Positions 14,390-27,605 of a stretch of DNA of 64,000 bases are shown here, piece by piece. The stretch spans positions 27,465,899 to 27,529,898 of the forward strand of contig NC_057720.1 in the NCBI RefSeq assembly GCF_004010195.1, written 5' to 3'. The stretch comes from Chiloscyllium plagiosum. Lineage: Eukaryota. The stretch's first letter is position 1, and the number at the start of each line of letters is the position of its first letter. The position numbers were made by a program, and so were the translations under genes. The notes under the pieces were generated by a model that saw nothing but the letters and a program-made list of their open reading frames with translations, ran no database searches and had not been told where the DNA came from.

Positions 14390-14688
14390 ATAAAGTCTTG
14401 GTGATGTACAGCACAGACACACACCCTTTGGTCCAACCCGTACTGTCCTTATGCTGTTCTAGGGATTCACTCGATTCCAGCTGGGTGTACCTGACATATG
14501 CCTCCTTTTTCTCGACTAGAGCCTCAATTTTTCTATAGTCATCTAGCATTCGCTGCATCATCAACCTTTCTCTTCACACTGACAGGAACATACTGTTTTT
14601 GGACTCTCGTTATCTCATTTTTGAAGGCCTCCCACTTACGGCTGTCCCTTTGCCTGCAAATAGCTGCACCCAATCAACTTGTGAAAGT
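14390..14688 (-). mobile_element. CR1 LINE remnant interrupted by an HE1-type SINE
   Basis: CR1-like 3' tail (gatgtacagcac...ggtccaacc) and ORF2-like sequence that resumes after the SINE at ~15002-15060. Confidence 0.5.
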
Positions 14689-15001
14689 TAGATTACAGCA
14701 GATTAGATTCCCTAAAGTGTGGAAACAGACCCTTCAGCCCAACAAGTCCACATCAACCCTCCGATGATCAACCCACCCAGACCATCTCCCTCTGACTAAT
14801 GCACCTAACACTATGGGCAATTTAGCACGATCAACCCATCTGACCTGGATTGGGGGAGGAAACTGGAACACCCGGAGGAAACCCACGCAGACACGGAGAG
14901 AACGTGCAAACTCCAAACAGACAGTCAACCGAGGCTGGAATTGAACCAGGTTCCTGGTGCTGTGAGGTAGCAGTGTTAACCACTGAGCCACCATGCCGCC
15001 C
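14689..15001 (-). mobile_element. HE1-type tRNA-derived SINE
   Basis: The reverse complement begins GGGCGGCATGGTGGCTCAGTGGTTAACAC (A box), has GGTTCAATTCC (B box) and a V-SINE core, and ends in a CR1-like tail with (AATCT)n repeats. Confidence 0.88.
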
Positions 15002-17501
15002 TAATACCATCTTGTCCAAAACCATCAAAATTGGCCTTCCTTCAATTTGCAACTTTATTTTCAGTATTATCTGATAGATCTTTTTGAATTTGGCTCTGAC
15101 CTGCTAAATTTCAGTCCTTAGCTTTGTGCGTTTGTCAGCATTCTGTTGGTTACTAGCTCTGCCATTTTGGACCTGTAAAATCATATTTTCCATCTTCTTA
15201 TGAAACAAAACAATGTCTTAGTTCTAAAACACCTGCTAGAACATTTAATTTACACCCCAAGATCCATAAACAAGCTCGGACTTACTAAATACAAATGGTC
15301 AGATGGATTTACCAGAAGTTTCTTCCTCGGATTACCTTGAAGTTGCAATATGTTACAGTTATTACATCATTCAAGTCTAAAATGAATATTTCTGTGATCT
15401 AATCATAGAATTTTCAATATGTTATACTGTCAATGATTCAAATTTGGTAAGTTCCTGCTTCATGGTTCCACATTTATGTTTTTTCTGAAGTGTGCACTCA
15501 CTTCAATAATTGATCTTAAATGTACGACTGTGTCGGAGCTAAAGCATCAATATAGCCACTTAACTGTCTAATAATTTTAACAATTTCTGTGTATCATTGG
15601 GGTGGAAATTGAATCATTAGGGCTGTATTCCAACAACATGCTTGGCTCCCGCCCCCCCAAAAAAGTGGTTAGTACATAAGAGCTGAACTAGTTTGAGTTT
15701 GCACAGTCATCTGTGTTCTTGAATGGGAAGTTTGTCATTATTTGCCCATTCAAGTTTCACAAAGAACTTGCAGTCAATCTAAATCCAGTATGGGATGTAA
15801 ACAAAGTGCTGTGTGCCATGGTTTTATATTAATATCCTTACTAACAAAACAAAAGGAATAACTTGATTTTATTTTCTTTTACATCTGAAAGTAAGAAACA
15901 TGACTGGGCTAAAATGACAATTTCTTTGCAAGACAGCACAAACCAAGATTTGATTTTCAGGACTTCAAATAGTGTTTCCATCAGCATTTTAAAACTAAAC
16001 TAATCCTAAAATAAAACATTAGCTTTTTGATAAAGGATACATTGATATTCTTAAGCTTTGAAGCTTTTATAGGTGTATGGGTAGTGCAATAATAATCTGT
16101 TCATACCACCTAAGTTATTTTTTTATATTTCAGTGGAGAGATTTTAAAACAGGAAGGTTGCAACCACCAGTGAGGAAGCTCTCTCACAACTGATGAGTGA
16201 TTGGCTTTCTTCACTTGTGGCATAAGTCCTGTACTTCCCAAATCCTCAAAGTTGTCCCTGCATGGCCAGTTGGTCATATTCCATAAAACCTATATTGACT
16301 AATAAAATATATTTATAACTTGTCTCTGTAAATATAATAAAGCTAAGATATTGTTTTTTACTAAGGGTAGAATAATTTGGTCATAAGGTTGATCTGAAAT
16401 ATAACCAACTAGAATGAAAATTCTTTTGTAGATTCAATGTTTGATCATTCCCTGAGGACTGATGTTCTAGTCAAATTGCAAACTCAACAGTCAGTATTTG
16501 TTTTATTATACTGTTGGGCGACATCTTCTTAAAATTTCAGAAGAAATTGGGCATTCTATTCAGTAAAGCAAGTCTGCATTTTGTGCTTCAGTTTGTTTAT
16601 ACCTGTGATGTATAGATTAAATCATCCCATTTTGTGTAAAACAAATCTTGCCACCTGAATCTAAGTAAAATGTTTTCCTTAGTAAATTTTCACTGTGAAA
16701 ACTTTACATTTTATGACCATCCAGCTTTAGTGAAACTTTTGTTGTACATTATGTGAAACATGATGGCAGACAGAAAAATATAATTATCTGAATTACACGC
16801 AGTGTAAAGTTTCTTAGTTGAAACTTACTTAAAATAATATTGTTAACTCCCAAGATTCAGTTATAAGTTAATGCAAACTGTTGACTCTGAATTTCTCAAT
16901 TGCTGGATGCAGCATATGGTTTACCATGCAGATTTTCTCATTGGCTGTTTAATAACTACAGTACTCTCCACATATTTTATGCAACTGCACAAATGTCCTG
17001 ATGATTCACCATGCAAGGGTTGAAGTACGAGTCATCACATACATTATCTAAGTGTAGAATAAGGAGTGAAACATTGTCAATGTTGTGTTAGTAAATATTC
17101 TTACATATTTATTAGTGTGGAATTGTGAAGCTGGTTGAGGGTTAATATAGAAAGTAGAGTAGTGTTCCAAAATTGGTTTAGTTCATGATTACTTAAATAG
17201 AATGTGTTCTTTTTAAATTGATTTTTAAACATACACCTTAGTGAAATCAATGTAGGAACAAAAGCAGTTTTGTTTAAACAGAAGATATTAGTCCAAGGGT
17301 GCTATAAATTATTAATTAATTTTTTTGTGTTTTCATTTTATTCCTGTACACTTTGGAAATAAAGGGGCAATATTTGCTTTTTGTTTTTAATGACAACCCA
17401 TCCTTTTCCACCACATGAATTTCTCACATTTTCTGTATCTCAAAGTTGAATAACTTGTCATTGTGCCAGAAATAACCAGAGCTGTTTGTGTTTTTGTACA
17501 G

Positions 17502-17612
17502 GAGCCTTGCAAATTGAAAACAGTGAAGAATCTGACCAGGGCAAATACGAATGTGTATCAACTAACAGCGCTGGAACGCGTTACTCTGCTCCAGCTAACT
17601 TATATGTCAGAG
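17502..17612 (+). CDS. PTPRF: PTPRF exon, C-terminal half of Ig2 ([37 protein letters not shown])
   Basis: tttttgtacag|GAGCC...GTCAGAG|gtagga; 111 nt, phase 1-1. The peptide is nearly identical to LAR Ig2. Confidence 0.97.
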
Positions 17613-18629
17613 GTAGGAAGTGCACTTCTTCAACTTGTTCCATATTTCAGTATGCTGCTAAAAATGTCTAGGTTGTGAGAAAAATTTTATGAACTATTAT
17701 TTCATTAGATTTATCCTTTTTCATGCTAATGATCAAATTATTTTTATGTTGAGAATTGACTCACCTTTTCAATATATGTAAACACACAGGGTATCACGAA
17801 CATCTCCATCAAGCAGCTGCAAAATTGGTTGCTTTGTGTCTTCTAACCAATCAGAATATTGTTTTAAGTATTTAAAACAAAAGTTCAATGTTTCAGCTTT
17901 TGGTTTTTGTTTATTGTTACTTTTCTGAGGTTTCTCTTTATCAAAAGGAAATTTGAATGGTCACTTTATCAGAATACCAGACTTATGTTTGTTCAATAAT
18001 GTAAATGATAGGTAAATCCCATATGAAGACTTTATCCCTTTCAAAGTCAGTGTTTAGTACCTCCGCTAGAGATTCACTTGTGTTGTTATTTCACTTTTTC
18101 TAAGTGGACTGTGCTAACTGATTACTTTTAATTCAACTAATTTATTCTTTTTTTTGGTTAAAAATTTGTAAATTTCATTTTAAGTATGTCATCATAAATG
18201 CTTTATCATATGTTCCATCTATATCATTGCAATCCTGGAAAACAATCAGATACTTGAACTTCAAGAACGTGGCATTTAACAACAGTAAGGAAATTGAAAC
18301 AGTGATTTCAGACTGCTCATTGCTCTAAAAATGAAGCAACAGTGGGCAAAATCTAGTATGAATTTGTCCTGTCCAATTCGAACAATTTTCAGAGTTCATC
18401 AGTTGTTCTTTATGATGGGGCGGTGCAGATTGTTGGTGCCAGAGTTCTCATGTGAGCAAACAGTAACGTAATACATGAATATCATAGTTATTTGACATCT
18501 TGAAGATTATAACATGATTTCCTGACCTTAATTGCTGTATTTGCTCCATTCTGTGAAGAGGATTTAGGCATTGCATTGCATTTATTTCTTCATGGGGTAC
18601 TGAAAGGAATCGTACTCTATCTGATGATA

Positions 18630-19310
18630 GAGGTGCAACAGATGGAAGGAATAAACAGAGTGCTGAAGAAAGTCAGCAAGTCTGGCAAAGTCTTTAGAGA
18701 GAGAAAGAGATTTAATGGTCAAATTCAATATGATTCTTCTTTGGAACTGAATAGGGAAGGAAAATGATGGTATTTTACGCTGATAAAAAAAGGCAAGTGG
18801 AAAAGATGGTGAGGGTGGCCAGAGCGAAAGATAAAGGGAGGGTTAATGAAGTAATATAGATACACAATAGGTGTTAATAGGAGGTGTAAATAGTATAAAA
18901 TAGGGTCAGCTATGCTGAGAGCAAAACCATGGAAACAGGACACCTGATTAGGAGTGACAGGGAAGGCACCAAAATGGAAGGCAATATTCATAGTTTGAAA
19001 TTGTTGAACTCCATGTTGAATCCAAAAGACTGGAAAGTGCCTAAGCAGAAAAGTTTTATACCTACCAATACATCCTATTCTATAATCTAAAACTTTCCTT
19101 TACGACGAATAGTTCTTTCTTTATCTTTTGCTTTGGCCACCATCACCATCTGTTCCCCTTGTTCTTCCTTCCCTTTTGCTGAAAGCATTAAAATCATAAT
19201 TTTCTAGCTCGTTCCAGAGTGAAGAATAATCATATTGAAATGCTCTTTCTCTCCTCACAGACATTGCCAGACCTGCTGCGTTTTTTCCACATTTACAGAA
19301 CTTTGCTTTC
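18630..19310. mobile_element. Old Penelope-like fold-back remnant
   Basis: Degenerate inverted arms: gtcagcaagtctggc...ttcaatatgattcttc versus gaagaataatcatattgaa...gccagacctgctg. Confidence 0.5.
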
Positions 19311-19725
19311 ATAGGAGTAAATAGAGCTTCTCACCTCTCCTCCCTCCATCCCTAAATAGACTATTTTACCTGTTGAAGAACATGAGGTGGATTTGCTTTT
19401 CCAAAGAGACAGTGACAAGAGTTGGATTTCACAACTAAAGAATGGGACTTTAGCTGTGTAATCACAGTCTAACTTAAGGAAGCACAGCAGCCCATTTGTG
19501 TTCAGCAAAACTGCTGAAAAAAGATAAACGATCTGCTAGTCTGTGTTAATTCTATTAATTGAGAGAATAAATAAGGGTTCGAGAACACCTGAAACCTCCT
19601 CCTGAGAATTCAATCATGCCATAAAATCTTGTGCATTTTACCCGGCAGTGTTTCAGCGTAATTTACAATGGTAATGCCCTGAAACATGAACCTCATTCTA
19701 AGTTAATGACTCAGATTTAGGTATA

Positions 19726-19817
19726 CAGAAACAAACACAAATTGCTGGAAAAACTCAGCAGGTCTGGTAGCATATGTGGAGAGAAATCAAGAGTTAAAGT
19801 TTTAGGTCTGGTAACCC
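19726..19817 (-). mobile_element. Truncated Penelope-like terminus (same family as 21150 and 23122)
   Basis: cagaaacaaacacaaattgctggaaaaactcagcaggtctggtagcat is the reverse complement of the 21200-21260 terminus. Confidence 0.65.
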
Positions 19818-20230
19818 GAGGTTACAGAACGCAATTTCAAAATTTGCAAACACACAGTACTTGGAAGTATGTGAAGAACACAGTGATGGGCTTCGGAGTA
19901 TATAGGGCAGTGGAGCATTTCTTGAGATATACTGTTAAAAATATCATTAGTGCATTGTGTCAGGTTCACTATCAGTGCTTGGATAAATTCTTACTTGACA
20001 TATACAATATTCAACTTTTGGTTCACATAACATAATCCAATTGATTTAATGGACACTTCTTGGGCTCTTGTACACTGTTCTTTTTATGTTGCTGAAAAAC
20101 AGTGTTTGCTATAATAAAATGGCTAGTTGAGTAAAATTTAACCAATATTGAATTTCTTGTAATTAAGCCAAATTGTCCTGCGACGGAAAACCTTTCTTTT
20201 GTTCTGCCGCTACATTCAGGTCCCTATGAT

Positions 20231-20567
20231 GGGCAGAACAGTGGCTCGGTGCTTAGCAATGCTGCCTCACAGTGCCAGGGTCAGAGGTTCGATTCCACCC
20301 TTGGGTGACTGTCTATGTGGAGTTTGCACATTCTCCCGTGGGTTTCCTCCAGGTGCTCCGGTTTCTTCCCGTAGTCCAAAGATGTGCAGGTTAGGTGGAC
20401 TCACCATGCTAAATTGCCCAGTAATGTGCAGTCTAGGTGGATTAGCATGGAAAATGCAGAATTATAGGGTAATGGTTGTTGGTCTGGATGGGTGGTTTGC
20501 TGTTCGGAGGGTCGGTGTGGACTTGATGGGCCAAATGGCTGCTTCCACATTGTAGGGATTCTCTGAT
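20231..20567 (+). mobile_element. HE1-type tRNA-derived SINE
   Basis: GGGCAGAACAGTGGCTCGGTG (A box), GGTTCGATTCC (B box), the GGAGTTTGCACATTCTCCC core and a LINE-derived tail. Confidence 0.88.
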
Positions 20568-20779
20568 CATTTTATCCTCCCCTGACTTGATATACTTAAG
20601 AATTTATTTGATGTTAGAATAAAACTTCTTTAAATGTCATCATTAAAATGGTATTGCGTAGGGACACAAACCTGGCTTATATTCATTTTGAAAACTCTCT
20701 ACAGACAACATCAAGATTTTGTTGGTTTCTGGCCAGCCTCCAATCATTGAGTTAACTGTTCCATCAAAACAACAACACC

Positions 20780-22290
20780 ATGGGCAGAATTGTAGAAGAG
20801 TCTGATGTAGACTACGGAGAGATTTGTGGCAGAATCAGATGAGAGGTCTGACAAGACCAATCTAGATGTCAGGAGCAACTCGTGCCATCTTTTGCAGTTT
20901 TCACACTAGCATGGCATGTTTGTCACTAAGCAGCGGCAAGTTGCTAATTAAAGGGAATATTGATTTTTAAATGCAATGAGGATTGCCCAATTTGCCTCAT
21001 TAATATTCAGCTCTGTATCTTACCAAACTTGCCAAACAAGCTAGATGTTGAGAAAATTCAACACAGAAATCAAAACGGATACCTGGCAAACTCAACTCAC
21101 TGTTTGCTCCAAAGGACCCTTCGTTTGAACACTGGGCACAAATATCTCAGGTCAAACCTTCTGAAGAAGGGTCACTGGACCCAAAACACTAATTCTGATT
21201 TCTGTCCACAGATGCTGCCAGATCTGCTGAGTTTTTCCAACATTTTCTGTTTTTGTTTCTGAATTCCAGCATCTGCAGTTCTTGTGATTTTTTATTTGTT
21301 CAGTGGAGTTAGCCTTTGTTCAGGGGGTCCTGGCACAATAAGTCAAGGGGAAACTTCAGTACCAATCTGGGGGCTTGGTAAAGGTCAGTCAGCCACTTGG
21401 GTCAGAGTCAGAGTTGCTCTCCACATAAAGAGCGATGATCTGAATGTCAGGGACACCATTACATGTCTTTGAGTCTTTCTCCTCTATAGTTGGCCACTTT
21501 CCTTCTGAAATGAGGAAGAGGCAGATATTAAGAGAGATGAAAGTGGGTGACAGTTGTTATTTTTGGTACGGGGAGGTTTTTGAAGCAAATTTATTAGGCA
21601 ACATAGATGACATGCAGGATTGGTACTGTTTGGGATGGAATGGCTGATAGTGAGGGAGATGCATTAGTGAGACTGGTGGCGCATGAGCCATGGTAGGTAG
21701 TGGTACATTAGCAGAGGTCGAAATTGAGTGACTGTGAAGCATCGAAGAGAAGATGGTTGCCCATATGCTGGCAGAGTGGAGTCAGTTAATGACTTTCTTC
21801 CTTCACTGATGGGCATTCCTCCAGACAGCTGAGGCTGCATTGACCTGGGTGGTATCTTCAGACAGGCTGATGTGATCTGGTGTTGCGGCTTCACTGCTGG
21901 TCCTGGAGGATATGGAATTCCCGCATCCAGTATAAACTCCAAATGATTTCACCCTGTCCGCCATGCCAGGGGGCAAATATCAGGAGCAATGAAGGTAGGT
22001 CCAGACTGACATTGCTTGTCCAGGTGCACGGCAAGCTTTTAAAGGTATTGCAGGTGCAAGTGATGGAAGACATATCTGCTGAGTGGCAAGTTGTCTCGGA
22101 AATAGTGTGTGGTAAGGTAGGGCCAGAAATGAATGTGAGTGGTGACGTAGGTGTGAGATAGGTGATTAATATGGCAAGTTTGGTAAAAGCTGGTGAAACA
22201 TTTCACTCGGCTTCACAATGGAAACCTCTCCAAAAAAAAACTTAATACAACTTAGACTTAGTCAAAATCAAATTAATATTTAGCCCTATA
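20780..22290 (-). mobile_element. PIF/Harbinger-like DNA transposon remnant (decayed Myb/SANT-like ORF)
   Basis: The minus strand of 21785-21945 reads ...NAASAVWRNAHQ*RKKVIN, resembling the Myb/SANT VNA...R...QCRKK.NDL pattern; 20990-21070 is similar to 61770-61860. Confidence 0.5.
21150..21300 (+). mobile_element. Penelope-like terminus with minimal hammerhead motif
   Basis: CTGAAGA-A-GGGTC-ACTG-GACCC-AAAAC at 21161-21187, followed by the gatgctgccagatctgctgagttttccaacatt terminus. Confidence 0.7.
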
Positions 22291-23121
22291 CTTATGCTCA
22301 TTTTCTGAATAAATCATCCTCTCCTAGCTTCCATTTCCTCTTCTGGCCTCACTCTTACCAAGAATAGCAATATTCATGTCTGTTACTTGAAGTTTTACAG
22401 TGACTTGGTTTCCAGCTTTAAATAAAATTCTGTCATTCTATGTTGCTTTTCTGCACACTTTACCTCTAGATTTTAGCCGTCTGTTCTCAGATTTAAACCT
22501 CCCTTTGGGATTTGGGCAAGCATTGCCATGAGTGCGCATCCTAAACCGAGTCAAATCTTCCATTACAGCAGCATTGAGAGGAGCCTATTGCAAGGTTTTC
22601 AGGGTCATCGTTATAAACAACAGCATTTTTAATTAGGTTTCATTGCTAACTAAAGGATGATATTAAGTAACATTGAATATTTTCCAAGATCACTGACCAT
22701 AGGTACTTCATCAGGAGAGTGCCTTGGATGACTCATCTTTCTAATGTCCACTTTCACAGCCATTGTCCATTTACTAAGATTATCTACCTCTTCTATCACT
22801 TAAATGTCATGCACTTAAAGGGATGATGTCCCCTATTTAGACTGACAAATCTGATGTCCCCTATTTACTCTTGACGGACGCTATAAGGTATCAAGGTATG
22901 GCGGCTCATGCACAGAAACAGCTGATTAAAGGCAGAAGTAAGAGCTGAGGATACTGTGGGATCTTAGTGAGCCCTACCCAAGTTTGATATCTTCGAGTGC
23001 ATGGCTGACAATGACAACACTCAGTTCTACCTCTCTGGATCTTCCATGACCCTTCCGCTGCCTCTTGCCAGATGGCCTGTAATTTTTTACTGTTAAAAAT
23101 TGGGAAGGTGAAAGCCATCCC

Positions 23122-23379
23122 AAAAAGTAAAGAACTGTGGATGCTGGAACTCTGAAACAAAACCAGAAATAGGTGGAGAAATGCAGCAGATCTGGCAGCA
23201 TCTGTGATAAGAAAGCCGTTCACCCTCCCCCACCCCCTGTCTTCAGAATATGTACAGCCTTTTCCGAGCTACAATCAGTTGTGAAGAAGGGTCACAGGAT
23301 CCATAATGTTGACTCTGCTTTCTGTCCACAGGCGCTGCCAGAATTGCTCAGTTTCTCCAGCAATTTCTGTTTTTTGTTT
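23122..23379. mobile_element. Penelope-like fold-back insertion with 14-bp TSD
   Basis: Inverted arms; flanked by GTGAAAGCCATCCC at 23108-23121 and 23380-23393; degenerate hammerhead motif at 23281. Confidence 0.8.
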
Positions 23380-23569
23380 GTGAAAGCCATCCCTTTCAGT
23401 TCTACTAGTTGTTTATCTTTGGCCACTGTCTTGAGTTGAGCCACATTGTTTATACCCTCTTTGTCCAATTCTCTCCATCACAGAAGTCATCAACCTATAA
23501 TTCTTTAATATTGCCTTCCTTCACTTTAATCCCTGTTGCTACAATCCTCAAGGATGGCTTTGTCCTCTC

Positions 23570-23915
23570 TCTACAACCTCATTTCCCCTTCCCCCACCTC
23601 ACCCTAGTTCTAAACTTCCAGCTCAGCACTGTCCCCATGACTTGTCCGGACTTGTCCTACCTGCCTATCTCCTTTTCCACCTATCCACTCCACCCTCTCC
23701 TCCCTGACCTATCACCTTTTCCCCTCCCCCACTCACCCATTGTACTCTATGCTACTTTCTCCCCACCCCCACCCTCCTCTAGCTTATCTCTCCACACTCC
23801 AGGCTCACTGCCTTTATTCCTGATGAAGGGCTTTTGCCCAAAACGTCGATTTCAAAGCTCCTTGGATGCTGCCTGAACTGCTGTGCTCTTCCAGCACCAC
23901 TAATCCAGCATCTTG
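23570..23915 (+). mobile_element. Penelope-like terminal repeat with hammerhead motif
   Basis: C/T-rich tract, then ATTC-CTGATGA-A-GGGC-TTTT-GCCC-AAAAC-GTC at 23816-23847, then the gatgctgcctgaactgctgtgctcttccagc terminus. Confidence 0.75.
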
Positions 23916-24689
23916 AGATTTGACTACTGCAGTGCTGTCCTGGTCAGTCTCCCATCCACCATCTTCCTGATTGGACTTAGTGAACAACCAGCTCACCAGT
24001 CATGTTCATTCCTATGACTAATTTTTAACTCCTAGTTCTTTGAAGGCTCTGATTAAAAATTCTGATCTTCGTGTATAATGTCTTTTAGGATTTTGTCCCT
24101 CTTACATCTATAACCTCCACCAGTCCTTCAACTATTAATTTCCTACCAGCTCTCTCCATTACTCCATCCTAACCAATAAGGAGTTGCTAAGTGGATAGTA
24201 TAACCGACCAATTTACAAAAAGAGTTCAAATTCTTCCTCTTTTAATGTGCGGATTGTTAAATGTTGATCTGTTGTTTTTATAAGATCTCTAATCTAGCAG
24301 CATATTAGGGTAATGAATTGCAGTGACAATCAGTGAACTGATTAATGTATTTATCAAACAATAACCTTGAGATTTTGTCTGCTTTCAGTCTCTGTATAAT
24401 TAAGCCTATTTATTTTTGTAAATGTGACTCAAAGTTAAGTTCAATGTTAACAACAAGTAACATTTAAAGGAAAATCTTCTTTATTTCAGGATGTCTGCAT
24501 TACAGGATGTTAATTGAAAATGATGGCATTAAATCTGTAGAGAAAGACTTGTATTTTATATAACATCTTTACTGCAATGAAACAATGAAAGGTAGTTCAT
24601 AAGAACCACAAAGGGAGTTGTTAAATCAACATTCAAAAGCTCAGAAAAGGGGCATAATTTAACATGTCTTAAAGAACAAAGAAGAATGC

Positions 24690-25262
24690 AGCACAATACG
24701 CCTCCTCCCCCACCCCAAAAAACCCCACACCTTGAACCTGGGCCCCCAGTAATAGACCCCTTCACCCTAAGAAAAGCCTCATACTTTCCACTCTATCCAG
24801 GCCAATCAACATCTTATAAGCTTGAATCAGGTCGCCCCTCAACCTTCCATTTTCCAGTGAAAATAAATCCAGTCCATCCAACTTTTCTTCATAGCTAAAA
24901 TCCCCATACCAAGTAACATCCTGGTAAACCTTTTCTGTACTCTCTCCAAAGCATCCACATCCTTCTGGTTGTGTGATGACCAGGACTGTGAGCAATATAC
25001 CAAGTGTGGCCTAACTTGTTCTGTAGAGCTGCAGTACAACTTTGCCTATCCTTGTACTTGATGCCCCTTCCAATGAAGGCAAGCATACCATAGGCCTTTT
25101 TTACTACCATATCTACTTGTGCTGCCACCTTCAGTGATCTGTGGACCTGCACTCCCAGGACCCTCTGCATATCAATGCTTCTAAGCATGCTGTCATTCAC
25201 TGTATAATTTCTACTTGTACTTGACCATTCAGAATAATTCACCTCACATTTGTCTGGATAAA
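24690..25262 (-). mobile_element. CR1 LINE 3' fragment
   Basis: LGVQVHRSLKVAAQVD, ALERVQKRFTRM and RLRGDLIQAYK motifs spread across frameshifts. Confidence 0.88.
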
Positions 25263-25299
25263 GTTCTTAAAAGAGGAAAGCAAGTAAGAGATCTGTGTT

Positions 25300-25980
25300 T
25301 TATTCCTTCATATAGCTGCTGGCTGTTCCAGCATCGTTGCCCATCCCTAATTGGCTTGAACTGAATGGTTTGCAAGGCTATATCAGAGGACGGTTGGGAC
25401 TCAGTCACATTACTGTGAGTCTGGAGTTGCAAGTAGGCTAGACTAGGTAAGGCTGGCAGTTTTCCTTCCCTAAAGGATCTTAGCGAGTCAGATTATTAAT
25501 AGTTGTCATGATCCCCAATACTGATTTAGCTTTGTATTCCAAATGTATTAGCTGAATTTAAACTCCATTAGTTGCATGTCCCTGGAATTATTAGTCAAAT
25601 GTCATTACTAATACACCAGAAATTACCAACACACCACAATCTACCCCTAAGTGGTAAAAGTATTTCAGGTCCTGGGGCCTAAGCAATTGTTCATCAGTGA
25701 TGGAGCAGTTGTAGTTGGAAATGCCCAAGAGTTCAGAATTAGAAGAATACAAATACCATGAAAAGTTGGGGGTGGAGAGGATGTTGGTGGTGGTGGTGGG
25801 AGTGGGAGAAGGAAAGTTGGAAGAGATTGCAGAGTCGGGAAGAGTGAGATCATGAAGAGATTTGAAAACAAGGATGAGAATATTAAAATCAGCACTTTGC
25901 TTGACCAGGAGCCAATATACAATTATGAGCACAGGGTCAAAAGTGGAAATGGGGCTTGCTGCAAATTAAGTTTTATGCAG
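25300..25980 (-). mobile_element. Old SINE (~25300-25600) plus L2-like LINE 3' remnant (~25670-25980)
   Basis: 25300-25600 is similar to the reverse complements of 28020-28280 and to 54770-55100; DFNILILVFKSLHDL is typical of an L2 ORF2 C-terminus. Confidence 0.5.
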
Positions 25981-26779
25981 CAGTTTGCTTTATTTTCTCA
26001 AGTTTAAAGAGCTCATTATTTGAAGTTTAATTGGAATTTTAATCTAATGGGAGGAGGATGAAACTGATGTAACAGTTTTTGTCCTGCAAATAAATATATA
26101 CAGTGGGTCCCATTTCATAATACAGTTAGCACCCCTTGTCTGTGATCAACATTCCTGCTTTGGAGCACATGCAGACTACATGACAAGAAGAAAAGAAAAA
26201 CTTACTATCCAGTTAGTATTATTAATGATCAATGTTTTCATAAATTATAAACCAGTTGAGATCAGATATTTAGTAGTGATCTGCCTTATGATAGGTCCAC
26301 TACTCCTCAGTTCACCTCTCAAGGTATTGTGTATTTAGCTTTTAATCATAAATTGACCTCATGGTCTATTATCTTGTCAATCCACCAGATTCAGATTGTT
26401 ACAATGAGTCATTTACAGCTTTCAAATGACCTGTAAATGACTATTTTCATAGATAGTGACAGCAGGAATGCATTACTGCCATTGGCACATTACTATATAG
26501 GAAGAGCTGCATTCTCCAGAAGGTAACTTGGCCTCAGTTTAGTCATGTACTGGTAAATCAAGAGCAGAAATGGGGCTGTGTAATGAGATATCCAGAATGA
26601 ATGGCTGGATGAACACCATCTATTATGGAGGAAAAACAATTCTACTTCAAATTAGATATTCACTCCAAAAGCAAGGCATTGATATTATTTGAAGATTTGG
26701 AAGTCTCTTCCCCTCAAATGTTATCTACAATAACAAGGCATAGATATTTTCTGAAGGTGTGGAAGTCTCTTCTCCTCAA

Positions 26780-27605
26780 GTTATCTATGATTATAGAGGG
26801 ATCTTGATCAATTGGGCCAATGAGCTGAGGATTGGCAGATGGAGTTTAATTTGGATAAATGCAAAGTATTGCCTTTTGATAAAATGAACAAGGGCAGCAC
26901 TTATCCAGTTTATGGTGGGGCCATGAGTAGAGTTGTCAAACAGGAAGACCTAAAGGTTCAGGTACAAAGTTCTTTTAAATAAGTAGATAGTGTGGTTAAG
27001 AAGGTGTTAAGCACGCTTGCCTTCATTGCACAGACCACTGAGTAAAAGAGTTGGGATGTCGTGTTGAGGTTGTAGAAGACATTGGTGAGGCTACTTATGG
27101 AGCATTGTGTACAGTTCTGGTTACCCTGCTATAGGAAGAATATTATTAAATTAAAGAGAGTTCAGAAAAGATTTACAAAGACATCGTCAGGATTGGAGGC
27201 TTTGAGGTATAAGGAGAGGCTGGCACTTTTTTCACGAGTGTAGGAGGTTGAGGGGTGACCTTATAAAAGTTTATAAAATCATGAGGGGCATAAATAAGGT
27301 ATGTAGCATGAGTCTTTTCCCTAGCAAGCATATTTTTGAGGTGAGAGGAGAAAGGCTTAAAAGGGACCAGAGGAGCAACTTTTTCACACGGAGGGTGGTT
27401 CAGATGTGGAATAAACTAGCTGAGGAAATGGTTATGCAGGTACAGTTGCAAAGACATTTGGATCGGTATATGATTAGGAAAGATTTAGAGAGATATCAAC
27501 CAAATGCAGGCAAGTGGGACCAGTTTAGTTTGGAAAAATTGGTCGGCATGTATGAGTTGGACCGAAAGGTCTGTTTCCATGCTGTATGACTCTATGATTC
27601 TATCA
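26780..27605 (+). mobile_element. CR1 LINE 3' fragment with 3' tail
   Basis: Degenerate WQMEFN...RGDLIKVYKIMRG; ends in tgtatgactctatgattctat. Confidence 0.88.

Noticed and set aside
22824..22867. 16-bp direct repeat TGATGTCCCCTATTTA x2 (similar small duplications near 36422 and 59013)
   Set aside because: Only two units; these are local slippage duplications, not a CRISPR-like or functional array.
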